Part shown: one piece after another, positions 1-12,509 of the stretch
Position numbering within the stretch: the first letter of the stretch is position 1
Layout: each line of letters starts with the position of its first letter
Assembly (NCBI RefSeq): GCF_000181795.1
Contig: NW_003526941.1
Location: 2,761,933 to 2,825,932, forward strand
DNA length: 64,000 nt
Source: Trichinella spiralis
Taxonomy: Eukaryota
Direction of reading: 5' to 3'
The notes under the pieces: generated by a model
Databases searched by the model: none
The model's input: only the letters and a program-made list of their open reading frames with translations
Told to the model about the DNA's origin: nothing
Made by a program: the position numbers and the translations under genes

Positions 1-3000
1 ACTAGTGTAGTCATTTCCTTCCATTTCGAATCATTCAAAATGGAATTGAAAATTAAACCTACCTTTCTTTTAATACTTACCTTAATGCTTTTCTAATCGT
101 TTCGATGAAAATTATCTGTAACAATAAACATTAAAGATACTTACCTGGACTTACAAACTAGACTATTGACTGCAAAAAATACCTGAAGATCACTTGAAGT
201 TAACTACGAGTTTTCAAACAAAGCAACGTGTTCCAAACAATTTTTAGATTCAGTCCCAAACTGTTTCAATTACTGTTCACCAATTGCAAAACAATTCCTC
301 TAAAATTTGTATAATTCATAAAAAAATAAAAAAAAATACTTACCTGAAATTGAAATCTAAATAACCTGATGAAAATAAAAAGTACAAAGTGAAATATGAG
401 AAATAAAAATAAAGCGAAAAGTACAACAACCACATGAAACAATCCATAGAAATAACAGTGCATTTACTTAAAACTTTACATTTTTAGTCACCTCTGTTCA
501 GCTTCACCGGTAAATTTCTCTTAAATCTTAAAATTTACGCATTAAATAAATCACGTAAAGATGAAAAACAACTGTTTTCTAATTATGTATATAGTGTTTG
601 TCTCCCTGTTATGAGCGTGCAAACAATTCCATCACTGAAACAGTAATTAATGATTAGGAATTAAGCAATGGCATGCCAAACAAACATATTTGGAACAAAA
701 CAAAAATCATTATCATGCACTGCTATCGGTCTTACATTATTTGTTATATAGCCAGTTTTTGTGATCACATCCATACAAATGATGCTGAACATAGTAACAA
801 TACAGTACTGCTTGCTTATTTCGATCAGCCTTGTCAGAACAGTAGTGGATACCTTCTTCACTTATCTGAAATATGAAAAAATTGAAAACATGAATATGAA
901 AAAGAAATTTAATATGAAATCTTAAAATCATTACATTTACCATTTAATTTTCATAATACGCATTTGTAGCATTCATTTTTAAGTGACATGAATATTGAAG
1001 CTGACGTCATCTGAAAATAATAAAACACCTATTTGTCTTTACCATATGATAAGAGTATCTGAAAATTTAGAACAACAATAATGATAAAAACTGAGACACC
1101 AATTAGTTTCCATTCAGCATATTTGTAAATTCATGCAATTGCCATGCACAGAATATTTGCAACACATTATCAAAGATGACTTACCTCTCAATCACTGATG
1201 ATATTGAAGAAAGAAATTCTAGTTGAGCGCTTGCATGCTGCCATGGCTAATGATCAAATGACGGACAATGAAGCAAGAAGCATTCTGAAAAGTAGTACAA
1301 TGTTAAGTAAATTATGCAAATGAAACGACTTTGCCCCTGGTGAAACAACCTAATTTCCCGTTAGTATTAGTGAAATGGCATAATAATCATTAGAATGACA
1401 TAATAATTTTATCAAACAGCTAAACATATTACGATTTTGTTTGAAACTTTCATACTATGCAAAATTGTAGTAATACGGATATTTACTTTAGTTATACGAA
1501 ACCTCCTTAGCCTTAAGCACTGAAAATGACTAAAATTAACGCTTAAGTACTTCTGCCTTAACTTACTCTTTCAGCGCTTGAAAGTACGATATGATGTGAT
1601 CCAGTGTATTACATTAATAATAGTTGTTTTATTATTAATGATAGAAGAATAATAGGTCGTTTTCACCGATAACAGAAAACAATTAAGAAAACACTGAAAT
1701 GTTATAGCTGTACTATTCATAAGTTGTGAAGATTTATCGAGAAAGGAATTCAGGTTAACAAAATTTTACATCACAGTTTTCCCAAGAAACAATGCAATCC
1801 TAATTTTCAGCAAAAAACATCTATATACAATAAATAAAGAAGTGTTTTCTGTTGCTACTTAATTAAGTAACAATTTAAGAGACAAAAAATTTTTGACATC
1901 TTGAATAGCTCAGAATGGTAATCAGTAATCTGTATTTTCATTCAGAAGGTCTCAAAGTTAACAGCAAAAATTATTAGAAACAATACTTTATTACAAATTT
2001 CAAAATATAAATAATTCATTACTTACATAAAAACTACATACATATAAATTCTGATTGTCAATTGTTGAAAACAAGTTAAAAATATCAGATTAAGGAAATT
2101 CAGTCTGCCAAATAGCATACAATCTGGATACTGTTGTGCGTATGATAAAATAAATATTTACTGCAGAGAAAAAAGAACTTATTATCCATTATTGCTACAG
2201 CACCTGAACTGATTACTAATTAAATTTAAATGGATGACCCATTAAAAATTCAGAGATGCACTATGCAAATGAAACAGCTGTTGCAATCCCATTTTCCTAC
2301 TGTAATTATGTTATCAAAAATTTGCATAGTCCATTATTGCCATACATTTATTGAAACTTGAATATTATTGCCAGTCCGTGATAAACTATTTACGCAAACT
2401 GCTGCTGGGTCAGTTATATATTCCTCAAAATTGACTGTTTAATTCTACTGAACTATAGCTCATACAGATCTGCTTGAAGTACAATAACGATGTGAATATA
2501 AATACGAAAATAAAAATAACCTACTAAAATTTTTATTCACAAACACGACTTCTACCCAAGATAAAGTGAAGTTACTGGTAAGCATAAAATTAAAGATAAA
2601 AAACATATTATGAGAACATTTTGAAAAAAATTTTATGCACTATTCTGTTACAGGGGTTTCGCTGTTTTCGCCTGTTGAAAACTCACACTCTGTGTAAGCG
2701 GAACAACTGTGCAAAAAACAGATCAACCAAATTTCAATATATCACATTTGAAATAAATCTGGAAAGTGTTACCTTCCATTTAATATTACTGCTTAATGCT
2801 TCCAAAAATGTACAGTTCGACTGCTATAAAATCATTTAATTCAAACTCCTTAAGAAAAAGTTACTACCTATAAATAAATAAAAACCACCTATAAATTTGA
2901 ATAGACAATTAACAATTAACATTAATGGAATTAATGGAACATTTATTTATTTTGTAGTGCCATAGTCAAATAGACAATATTTCATGGATATTAATGAGGA

Positions 3001-4175
3001 ATGAAGTCATCATGTGAAATTGATTCCGCACCCTTAGTTAGTCTCAAGTATTTTCCATAACGATAAAAATTTCTTTGTCCTCAAAATCAGCAAACGCTGT
3101 CTCTCATAATCACGCTTTCCGTTATATTTTTCAGTTTTCTGTTTGCTCAACTGTATGCTTTGTTTAGTACACCAATTTATTTTACAATCTACTTCCATGC
3201 GTTTTCTATTGTTCTTTAAGGCAGGATGTTGCAATTTTAGTTTTTTATTATTTTGCAATTTACAATAAAAAGGATGTTATAAACTGTCATCTGCATGACA
3301 ATGGCCTGAACTTTTTCAAAATTATTAATTTTTGTTCTAGTTTATACATTGCAATTTCACGAAAGCAGGTTTACAATTCCCCTATTCCTTTATTCTGTTA
3401 TACTGCTATTTTGTTACTTCATGATTATTTTGAATGGCTAAAAAAGTAAAATGGCTAAAAACTAGCTAAAAATATGAAAATCTGTAGTTATATCATAAAG
3501 AATACAATGATAGAGTGACACTGACAGAAAGCTATTGAATAGAGCTAAAAATTCCACAATCGCATAGCTGTGCTGTCAATTTGAACTATTAAGCTTCCTG
3601 AACTATTAAACTTTCAGCGGAAAACGCTTCTGATTGATTGTTTCGATAAATGCCTTATAGCCTACTTTCACTTTAAATTTTACTGAATATTCACTTCAAA
3701 ATTGTTCCGTCGATATTTGAGGTCGCTGAAAATACTAAACTGAGTGTGAAATTTTAAACAAGTAAGAAATAGTATTTACTATAATTTGTCCAGAGTTATA
3801 TAAATTTAAACAGAACAGTTTTTTTGGTTGATTTGTATCTAATGCCGTATAACTGAACAAAAATAAAACAAGCAATGCAGTATATCAATATTACAGTATC
3901 GGTATAGGCAACTTTTTGATTAATGTTAGAGATTTTATAACCAACGTATACATGTGTGTGTGTGTGTGTGTTTCGTTTGAAAAAATGTCATTTATCAATC
4001 AGCTTGCTAAATGCGCCTTCTGACAGAACTGCAATTGCGAAGATTTCATAATCGTTTCAGATTCATTAATGTAAACTTCACCACTGTGATTAATAAAAGT
4101 AATGAAAGTTAACTTACCAAATGTTTCATAACTTGATCATTTAATGTTGCAGGTGAACTGTTTGTCTGGTAAAAA

Positions 4176-5699
4176 ATGGGTTTTATTCTATCATCTTGGA
4201 CTAAGATCAACAAATCTGGCCCAAGAATCAATTTGGTGCTAGTTGTGGTAGCGATCGGAATGGGCACGCAGTTCCAGATTTATAATGCATCAGTGCTAAA
4301 CAATTTGATAGACAAAATGACACCGTGGTTCAACGAATCTTATTATGATCATTACAATTTACCGTTGTCTAAGACGCAGCTAATCACACTGTGGTCAATC
4401 ACTGTTTCGTGCGTACAAATTGGTGCGATCTTTGGGTCATTACTTTCAAAAGTTCTCGCAGAACGACTGGGCCGTCGTCTCAGTCTGCTCACCACAGGTT
4501 GCTTATGCATTCTCAGTTCAACAATGATGATTTCCGCCAAATATGCAGATTCGTTCGAGCTGTTCATGGCCGGACGATTGCTTCTCGGCCTTTGTGTGGG
4601 TGCTTCAGTCAGTTTGGGCAGTTTGACAGTCAGTGAATTGGCACCAGTTCGTTATCGTGGCGCTTGTGGTAGTCTGTTGCAGATGTTCATGGGTCTTGGG
4701 AACACGTTGTCCTTGATAATAACTTTGCCTGAATTATGCGGAAACGAGCAAAAGTGGCCAATTGCATTTGTTGCTCCACTGCTCGCCTGCTTGTTTGAAG
4801 TATTTGTCCTGATCACAGTCAAAGATACGCCACAGTACTTGTGGTATTCCAAACGAGACGAACAGAGTACAAAAGAAGCGCTGCACTTTTACAGACACAT
4901 GGACAGCGTAGATTTTCAGTTCGAGCAAATCAAAGGTGAAATTGCGGATACAGAATCCAGAAACAGCTCTTCATCATTCAAAGCACTGTTTTCAAAAAGA
5001 CAAAATTTGTTGCCATTCTTGATGGCCTTCGCAATAGTATTCAGCTGTCAATTTACCGGATTCTCCACGGTGATGGCTTTCTCGAAGAGCATTTTTCTTT
5101 CTGCAGGTCTAGAACATCATGTTGCCGTATATGCCAACATCGGTCTCGGCATTTTGAATTTCCTCACACCGCTATGCTGTAGCTTCTTCGTTGATAAAAG
5201 TGGTCGCAGGATTTTCATCCTGAGCGGTCTCAGCTTGACCACAGGCTCTTTGTGTGCGCTTGCCATCAGTGCAGAGATTGCTTTGAAGTTTATGATTCAT
5301 GAAGTCAAAATGGTCAGCATTCCTTGTCTGTTTGCTTTTCAAATTGGTTATTCAGTTTTCGGCAGTGTTATTTGGGCAATTTTGCCGGAATTGTTCAGAC
5401 AGGATGTCCGTTCCATGGCAATGTCGATTATTGTGTGCTGTTTTTTCGGAATGCAAGTAATCGTACTTTCCTGCTATTTACATCTTCAAGAAGCAGTTGG
5501 CCTACCACTCAGCGTTACACCATTCATAATAATTGGTGTCATCAGCATCACCTTCTTTTACAAATACTTGCCTGAAACTAAAGGTAAAAGCATCATGGAA
5601 ATCAGCGAATATTTTTGCACAAAAAAGAAACAAACCACAAAACAAACGGCATATCAACCAGCCTCAACCCAGAGTTCACTTGTGACGATAAAGCTTTAA
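4176..5699 (+). CDS. MFS sugar porter, GLUT/SLC2A-like facilitated sugar transporter (507 aa, single coding exon)
   Basis: Many hydrophobic segments plus sugar-porter motifs AERLGRR, SELAPVRYRGACGS, VDKSGRR, PELF..DVRSMAMS and PETKGKS. Acceptor TTGCAG at ~4152 just upstream of the ATG. Confidence 0.93.
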   Translation: MGFILSSWTKINKSGPRINLVLVVVAIGMGTQFQIYNASVLNNLIDKMTPWFNESYYDHYNLPLSKTQLITLWSITVSCVQIGAIFGSLLSKVLAERLGRRLSLLTTGCLCILSSTMMISAKYADSFELFMAGRLLLGLCVGASVSLGSLTVSELAPVRYRGACGSLLQMFMGLGNTLSLIITLPELCGNEQKWPIAFVAPLLACLFEVFVLITVKDTPQYLWYSKRDEQSTKEALHFYRHMDSVDFQFEQIKGEIADTESRNSSSSFKALFSKRQNLLPFLMAFAIVFSCQFTGFSTVMAFSKSIFLSAGLEHHVAVYANIGLGILNFLTPLCCSFFVDKSGRRIFILSGLSLTTGSLCALAISAEIALKFMIHEVKMVSIPCLFAFQIGYSVFGSVIWAILPELFRQDVRSMAMSIIVCCFFGMQVIVLSCYLHLQEAVGLPLSVTPFIIIGVISITFFYKYLPETKGKSIMEISEYFCTKKKQTTKQTAYQPASTQSSLVTIKL

Positions 5700-6671
5700 C
5701 TTTTGAAAAATCAAAACCATCTGATCTTACAACTTTACAATCAAGAAACCATCCTCACTAATAAAACAATTCATCCTCCGCGAACGTTACTGCACAATTA
5801 CTAGTTTACTTGTTCATTTGATTGAACTGATTTCTTTTTAAATTTGTCATAACTACTATAACTTTTTTGAGAATTAAGAAACACCCACATCTACTATCTC
5901 ATATAACAACTTATGCATTAAACAAACCGGAAAAAGCAAAAATATGATAATCAAAACTGAAAAATAACTTTAAAGATTATTCTTATATAAATAAAGCATA
6001 AGAAAAATTCAAGCGAACCAACAAATCTATCAATAACCTCCACTGAATTGCTTTATCTGAATTTAACGAACATAAATGACCGCTTGTTAATAACTATAAT
6101 TAAAACGCCTTCACTGCTTGTATGGAAATGCATATAATAGGATATCAGTTTGTTAAAGTTTAATTGAAAATTGTAAGACAAATAAATAACTTTACAAAAA
6201 ATCATAAAGCACGATGACACTGAGTTTTGTTCAACACTGCAATGTTAAGTTCATCTGCTTATGCTGTAGTAGACAATTTTAAACAACTATTGAAAATTAG
6301 CACGCAGCTATGCACGCAAAAGAGATTCTTTTAATAGATACTAAAAAGAAAGATAATAGCACCGTGGGCCGTCCACTGCTTGTTTCATGTGTACACAGGA
6401 TGTCATTATTCATTTATAGACACTGATTACTTATTGTTAAAAGCGTTGTTCAAAGCGAATTTTCAATAACAGACTAGAAGCGCTTGGTAAAGATTTTGAA
6501 ATCCAGCGTTTTAACTGAGAATAAAAACTTCTTTTACAAAGTAAAAACTTGCATGTATAAAATTAGTCCTTGCTATTTAAAGAATTCCATATAACAAAAT
6601 AATTATAAATGACAATTATAATGACGAAAAATCTAACTCTATACTGGACTGTACAAAAATAAATTAAAAAA

Positions 6672-8066
6672 TTACTCATCAAAAATTTCCCACAATTTAA
6701 GCATATTATCTGCTGAAATTGTAGCGATGAAATGCTCGCATGGAGACAACACCATACATAGAATCCTGTCACTGTGAGCTGGCATCGCTTTGATGATGTT
6801 CATATCCGGATAGTTCCAAACTTTCAAGTCATTTTCGGCATTTCCATGGCTGCTGATAAGTTCGGAATGTCTTCTCTGCCAAACAATTCCGCTAACCTGA
6901 GATTTGGTGTTGACGCGTTTCACTTGCTTGCCATTGCACACATTCCAAATTCGAAGAGTTGCATCTCTTATACCACCGCCTGAAGCCAGCAAAGCATTGT
7001 TGAAAGGACACCAGGCAAGCGCTTTAACCGCACTGGAATGGCCGCAATACTCAGTGACGGCATTTTCGGCTCCTGATGTTTTTGCCAACGACCAAATGCG
7101 AACAGTATCATCGTTGCCGCCTGATGCCAGCCGGCGTTTGTCATCTGACCAGCTCAGTCCACAAACCAATCCACTGTGCCCGAGTACTCGGAGAACGCAT
7201 CGCCCTGCTGCCCGTTTGTCAAAGTTGAAAATGTTGCCTTGGTCATCTCCACAGGTAAGAACGTTATCATTCCAAGCAGAGCAACAAACGGAACCATACA
7301 TCTTTTCAAAACTGATCAACACACTTTCTGTTTCCAAATCATACAACTGCACATCACCTGAAGCCATGCCTATGGCAATCTGCTCTTCATTTATGGAAGA
7401 CCACTTTACAGAAGTCACGTCCAACGGAAAGCTACCAGAAGAACAGGTTAACTCACCGCGATCTGATGTTCCTTTCAAGAAGATAATTTCGCCTCCAACG
7501 CCAAGAGCAATAAAATTGTTCTTTCCCCAATCCAAATAGTTGAGGTAAAAGTCATCCGGTACGTAAGCCGCTTCAAATTTTCGTACGCAACTAATGGATA
7601 GCTTTCGAAACGGCTTCACTTTGTATGGACTGGGAAATAGATTGGCGATGGTTAGCGTTGAAAATCTGCAGCCAGTTTTCCTTTTATTAAAGTTCAGCGT
7701 TCTAGGAGCCTTTTCTTCTTCGCTCAAGCTCATTGTTACTGTTGGCTTGTTGAGTTCACGATTTGGAGTCAGTAAAGTACTTCGAACTGCGCGGCTGTAT
7801 TCTAGATCATCCACATGACGCGGAATGAATTCTTTCTTTTGCTGCTCACTTTCCACATTAGAAGAGCATGGAAAATGATCTACTGTAGAAATGAATCTAT
7901 CGGCATTCAGTTGATGTTCACGGCGTGCTTTTCGCGAAGGAAACAACTGAACTTTTTGCTTCAAACTGACACAACTTTTCGAAGTAGATGAATTCGAATG
8001 AACAGAACGTAAAGATCTACTCGAACTGTTATTACTAGACGTGAAAGAAATGTTGAAAGAATTCAT
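6672..8066 (-). CDS. CDC20: CDC20/Fizzy-family APC/C co-activator (WD40, 464 aa, single-exon ORF)
   Basis: C-box-like ADRFIS, DDFYLNYLDWG, GHSGLVCGLSWS, LASGGNDD, AVKALAWCPF, LASGGG, ELISSHG and LKVWNYP. AWCP favours CDC20 over CDH1. Confidence 0.88.
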   Translation of the reverse strand: MNSFNISFTSSNNSSSRSLRSVHSNSSTSKSCVSLKQKVQLFPSRKARREHQLNADRFISTVDHFPCSSNVESEQQKKEFIPRHVDDLEYSRAVRSTLLTPNRELNKPTVTMSLSEEEKAPRTLNFNKRKTGCRFSTLTIANLFPSPYKVKPFRKLSISCVRKFEAAYVPDDFYLNYLDWGKNNFIALGVGGEIIFLKGTSDRGELTCSSGSFPLDVTSVKWSSINEEQIAIGMASGDVQLYDLETESVLISFEKMYGSVCCSAWNDNVLTCGDDQGNIFNFDKRAAGRCVLRVLGHSGLVCGLSWSDDKRRLASGGNDDTVRIWSLAKTSGAENAVTEYCGHSSAVKALAWCPFNNALLASGGGIRDATLRIWNVCNGKQVKRVNTKSQVSGIVWQRRHSELISSHGNAENDLKVWNYPDMNIIKAMPAHSDRILCMVLSPCEHFIATISADNMLKLWEIFDE

Positions 8067-9894
8067 TGAAAAGCACTAACTAAGAGCAACAGCAATTAAA
8101 CTGAAACCTCACAATTTCTCTGCTCTCACTAGATCAGCTACTGAAATTTAAACAAAACGCAAACACTGTTTAATGTAATCTAAATTTCCAATCCGTTAAA
8201 ATAACTTTAAAACGCGCGTCCATTTACTAAAAAAACACCACTGGTGAACAACAAGTAAGCGATGCACCTTTTTCTGGTGACATAACGAATTAATTTACTA
8301 AGTAAAATAATTTTCACATCTTACCTTTCTGCATAGAATATTTTGTTAAAATGCTTCTCCTTTCGCCAAGTGCCGCATTTATTCCTTTTAATTTACAATT
8401 CTATAATCTTCATTGTAAAATAATTTGCATTTTATGACAGAAATTTCACAATATGTCCTCTCCTATCTACATTCGGATGAAACAAACTGAAGCTATACTA
8501 ACTACATAATAGATCAATGAATAATACAGTAAGACATTTGTACCTAATTTTATTTATTTTTACCACAGGAAGATTTTGTTATTTTGAGCATTTGCTTATC
8601 ATGAATGTTTTTTACGTTCATTATTTGTTGGGAATAATTCTTCCTACTTCTTTAAAATTAGCGCGTTTCGAATATAACGAACATCTTGACCAAAATATTA
8701 TGGGTTTGTTTTGATATTTTTTATTTCAGTTCTTAGCATCTTTTCATAAATAAATCAATGGTTTATCTTTGAGTTAAATAAACAATTGATAAATTAAATA
8801 AGCAAGTAACTTTATATTCACTTATTTATCTGTTTACTATGAATTCAATGCTTAATCAACAGACTATTGAGATGGAAAGATTCTCGCTGATTTCTCTCCT
8901 GATTTGCTTGCTTTTTTCTTTAACTTACATATGCAGAGTTTTACATAAATAAACATACATATTTAAATTTATGCAATGTTTTCGCGTCTGTCGGCGTCCA
9001 GTTGAACTCAATGTCCATGCGTTTGCTAGTTGTCTTCACTGTTTCAATCATTCACAGTGTCATGCTGATTAGTTTTCATGACATTTTCCTCAGATCCTTA
9101 TATCGTTTCCATGGTAAGATTCAGATCGATTCGGTTGAACAGTAATATTCGGTGAGTTCAGTTAACTAACTAGGAACAGCCTAACGGCAATTCACCACAG
9201 GCTAAAGACCTGACCGAATACAGATGTACAGATTCTTTCATATCATTTATCCATTTCTCTTTGAAATGAACGCAAACCGATTGTGTTTGTTAACTATATG
9301 GCAGAAGAAACTGTACCCAATTTCTGTGTCAACAAGTCGACATCGGTAATCGTGACATCGAGCATCGGTGATGTTGACGTCCGTTCTGATCAAATTTTTC
9401 ATCCGTAAAAACTCGCGTTTGCCAATACATTAGGCTTGAAAAAGCGTGTTTTTCTGTGGAAGATGTCAACACGTCCGTTGCGTATGTATGCTTGTAGCCA
9501 CAATTATGTGGCCGGTTTCCGCTGTTTAAGCCGGTCTAAATGCTAGTACTGCGAGTTCTGACAAACTGGATTGACGCACTCCTTTTGCTTCAATTTACGT
9601 AAAATCATTTAAAATTTCACTCAGTTATTTCAGTTTGCAAACAAATCTGCTATTGTATCGTGATAATATTTGAAAATTTCTTTCTGAAAATAAATAATTT
9701 AAAAAAAGCAAATAAATTCTGTAGACTTTGAATTGAAAATGCGATTAATAATTGCACTTGCTGAAATAAGCTCCGCTTTCTTTTATGTTGCCTTTCCGTC
9801 GGTAACGTTCAAATGAGTCATTACCTTCGCTGAGATCGCGTGGCCAGTGACAACGTCATGTAAATCTTAGACTGTTTTAGCTTCTGAAACTGCC

Positions 9895-11196
9895 ATGCAA
9901 ACAGATCAGCTGTCGGATGTCGAATCGTTGAACGGGGGAAACATGAAAACGGTGGACAGTTTTTCCACCGTCATGCAAACATTGTGCGAAATACGAAGGG
10001 AAATAACCACAAAACTGCTCAACAAAGAAAAAGTACCAGAAAAATTGGTGACAGCTATTGAAAATATCAAAAATGCGATTGAAGCAAAAATGAACCCCAA
10101 ACACAGCATAACGTTGGCTCTGGATACGGGCATGGAGATGCAGTTCAACGTCAGAGATGAGTTGGCTGGTTTGGAGAAAGATTTGAAATTTTTGCAGTAC
10201 GTTCAGTCTGGTTTCAAATCTGCGGACTCTTTCCTAGATTTCCTAGCCAGTTCTCATCCTCACGGTAAAAAACGGTTTTACAACGAAGTTGCCCAGTTGG
10301 AATACATGCTTATGCGACGTGTCACCGACGGTTTGGACGTATTCATCACCGATTGGGATGGAACATACAAGACTTATTGTTGCAATTACAGAACAAGCGT
10401 TCAGCCAGCTTACAGTGCTTACTGGCTATCCTTATTTGCAAAGAAATGCGCTCCGATGAGCGCCGTACTCACTGCTGGTCCGTTACGTGATTTTGGCATT
10501 TTGGATCTCATCGCCGTTCCGGCTGAGAAAAGTGGTATCATATTCGGTGGATCGTGGGGACGTGAGTGGCTAATCAAAGGTAAACGAATGGTCAACAAGA
10601 GCTACTTCTGTGCGGCCAGCGAAATCCAGCTGAAAGATCTGGCCACCAAGTTATCAGATATGATCAACGCTAAACCAGAATATCATCGCTTTTTGTTCAC
10701 CGGATCCGGATTTCAGAAGAAAGTTGATCGTGTTACAATTGGTGTGCAGACGGTCAAAAATGACGTGTCAGAAGAGGAAATTAACGCATTTCTCGATTCT
10801 GTCAATCAAGTCGTTCAGGAGCTGGATCCGCATTCTGAAATATTTGTACAACACAAAGAGCGTTTGGATATTGAAATAATTTTGAAAACTACCACACAGG
10901 GGACTTGGAGCAAGGCGGAAGGTATTAAATATTTGTTAGACATGCTAGAAATACCCGCATCTAATCGCAGCATCTGGATATGCGGCGATACAGTTTCTGA
11001 TCTGCCAATGGTTCAATATGCTATACAGGCAAATCGAGCCGGCACGATAGTAACGTTTGTCAGTCCACCGGCTGAAGTGATGCAATTCTTGGTCGAAACG
11101 GCAAGACCAGACGGTTATTGTATCGTCGGATGTCCAGAAGTGATCCACGTCGCCATGGCAAGAGTGTTGCGCAAATGCGGTGCCCTTACCACGTAG
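9895..11196 (+). CDS. gob-1: Nematode-type trehalose-6-phosphate phosphatase (HAD family, gob-1-like; 433 aa, single coding exon)
   Basis: HAD motif I DWDGT followed by YKTYCCNYRTSVQPAYSA, motif II VLTAGPLR, GSWGREW, GSGFQKKVDRVTIGVQ, motif III WSKAEG and motif IV GDTVSD. Helical N-terminal extension as in nematode T6PPs. Confidence 0.9.
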   Translation: MQTDQLSDVESLNGGNMKTVDSFSTVMQTLCEIRREITTKLLNKEKVPEKLVTAIENIKNAIEAKMNPKHSITLALDTGMEMQFNVRDELAGLEKDLKFLQYVQSGFKSADSFLDFLASSHPHGKKRFYNEVAQLEYMLMRRVTDGLDVFITDWDGTYKTYCCNYRTSVQPAYSAYWLSLFAKKCAPMSAVLTAGPLRDFGILDLIAVPAEKSGIIFGGSWGREWLIKGKRMVNKSYFCAASEIQLKDLATKLSDMINAKPEYHRFLFTGSGFQKKVDRVTIGVQTVKNDVSEEEINAFLDSVNQVVQELDPHSEIFVQHKERLDIEIILKTTTQGTWSKAEGIKYLLDMLEIPASNRSIWICGDTVSDLPMVQYAIQANRAGTIVTFVSPPAEVMQFLVETARPDGYCIVGCPEVIHVAMARVLRKCGALTT

Positions 11197-12509
11197 AGAA
11201 CCGTGCAAATCCATTTGTTGGAAATTTCTCAAACTGCCCGATTATGACATTATTAACACATTAGCATTTTTTAAAATTAACTCATTTATTATTTTATCTT
11301 TAATTTAAGTAAAATTTGTGCGATTTTATTTGCCTTTCAAAATTGTTTGTTTCCATTTTCAAACTGAAGAAGTATAAAAATATATTTTTTCCATCAAATT
11401 AAATCATTCCGTGAAGATGATGATTACAATCATCATTGTTCTCAACATCTGATATTCTCATTGTAATGATTTTAATATTTTCCCCCTTTTCATGCAAATA
11501 CACTGACGTTGTCGTGTCGATTTCTGCTGTCGACTGATTCATTTTTCAACAATTCCATTCTCATGTCAGAAGCTTGAAACAAAGCACACTGCTTATTGTT
11601 TGTTTGACTTTGTCAAATTTTCACTACCATTCAAAGAAACTCCCAATAATCCCCCTCCCCCACCCCTCACACACACACACACACACACACCTTTCATCTT
11701 GTTCTACCTGTCTCTCTCTCTCTCTCGTACTTGTAATCGATCGACAAAATACTGCGCAATAAAAATGACAGTGTTCGATTGGGTTATATCATTTTTCAAA
11801 ATTGAAATGCTCCATTTGTCTTGAAAACAACAATAATGAAGAAAACAACACAGAAGGAGAAACGACATTGAACAGTACAGACTTGCAAATTTTACGTCAT
11901 TGCCTTTATGACAAGAACATCTAACTACGCTCATATTTTAAAACTGATAGAAAAATAAATTCAAGCTATTAGTTAATAATAATAAATTTGGAAAATCAGC
12001 TTCATTAATTTTCATAAATATCGATCGACTAAATGAATAAATTAATTAATACTTCAACAAAATTATACACCAAAGCGAAGATCATGGAAAAATAATAAAA
12101 GCAAAAAAGAACAAACAACAACAACATGCAGTAAATAAACTAGCTGAAATAGCATGACTATCGTTATTGCAATAGAAATTCAAATCAAACGCCATGAAAC
12201 AATATTTTTACACCATTTTGTTTACTTAACACTACAACTGATACGACACTGCCTAAGCGATAAATGATAATGTTAATATGATTGCACAAGCCAATTGCTT
12301 ACTCACCTACTTACTTATTGCCTAAATCGTAAAATATTTTCGAATGTTTGGCCAGCAAATTCAAACAAATAATAATGAATTCAAGCTAATAATAAAATGC
12401 TGCGTTTCCAACTTCAAATTTAATTTAATTCAATTTAATTTAATACGAATAAAAAACAATAAATACATCAATCTATACGGCATTACAAAATAACTTGAAA
12501 AAAGATCAT

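Noticed and set aside
6904..7539. 211-aa plus-strand ORF
   Set aside because: Antisense shadow of the CDC20 WD40 region with no independent motifs.
8206..8221. CGCG plus TTTAAA (CDE/CHR-like) upstream of CDC20
   Set aside because: Spacing is non-canonical and the motif is too short to support.
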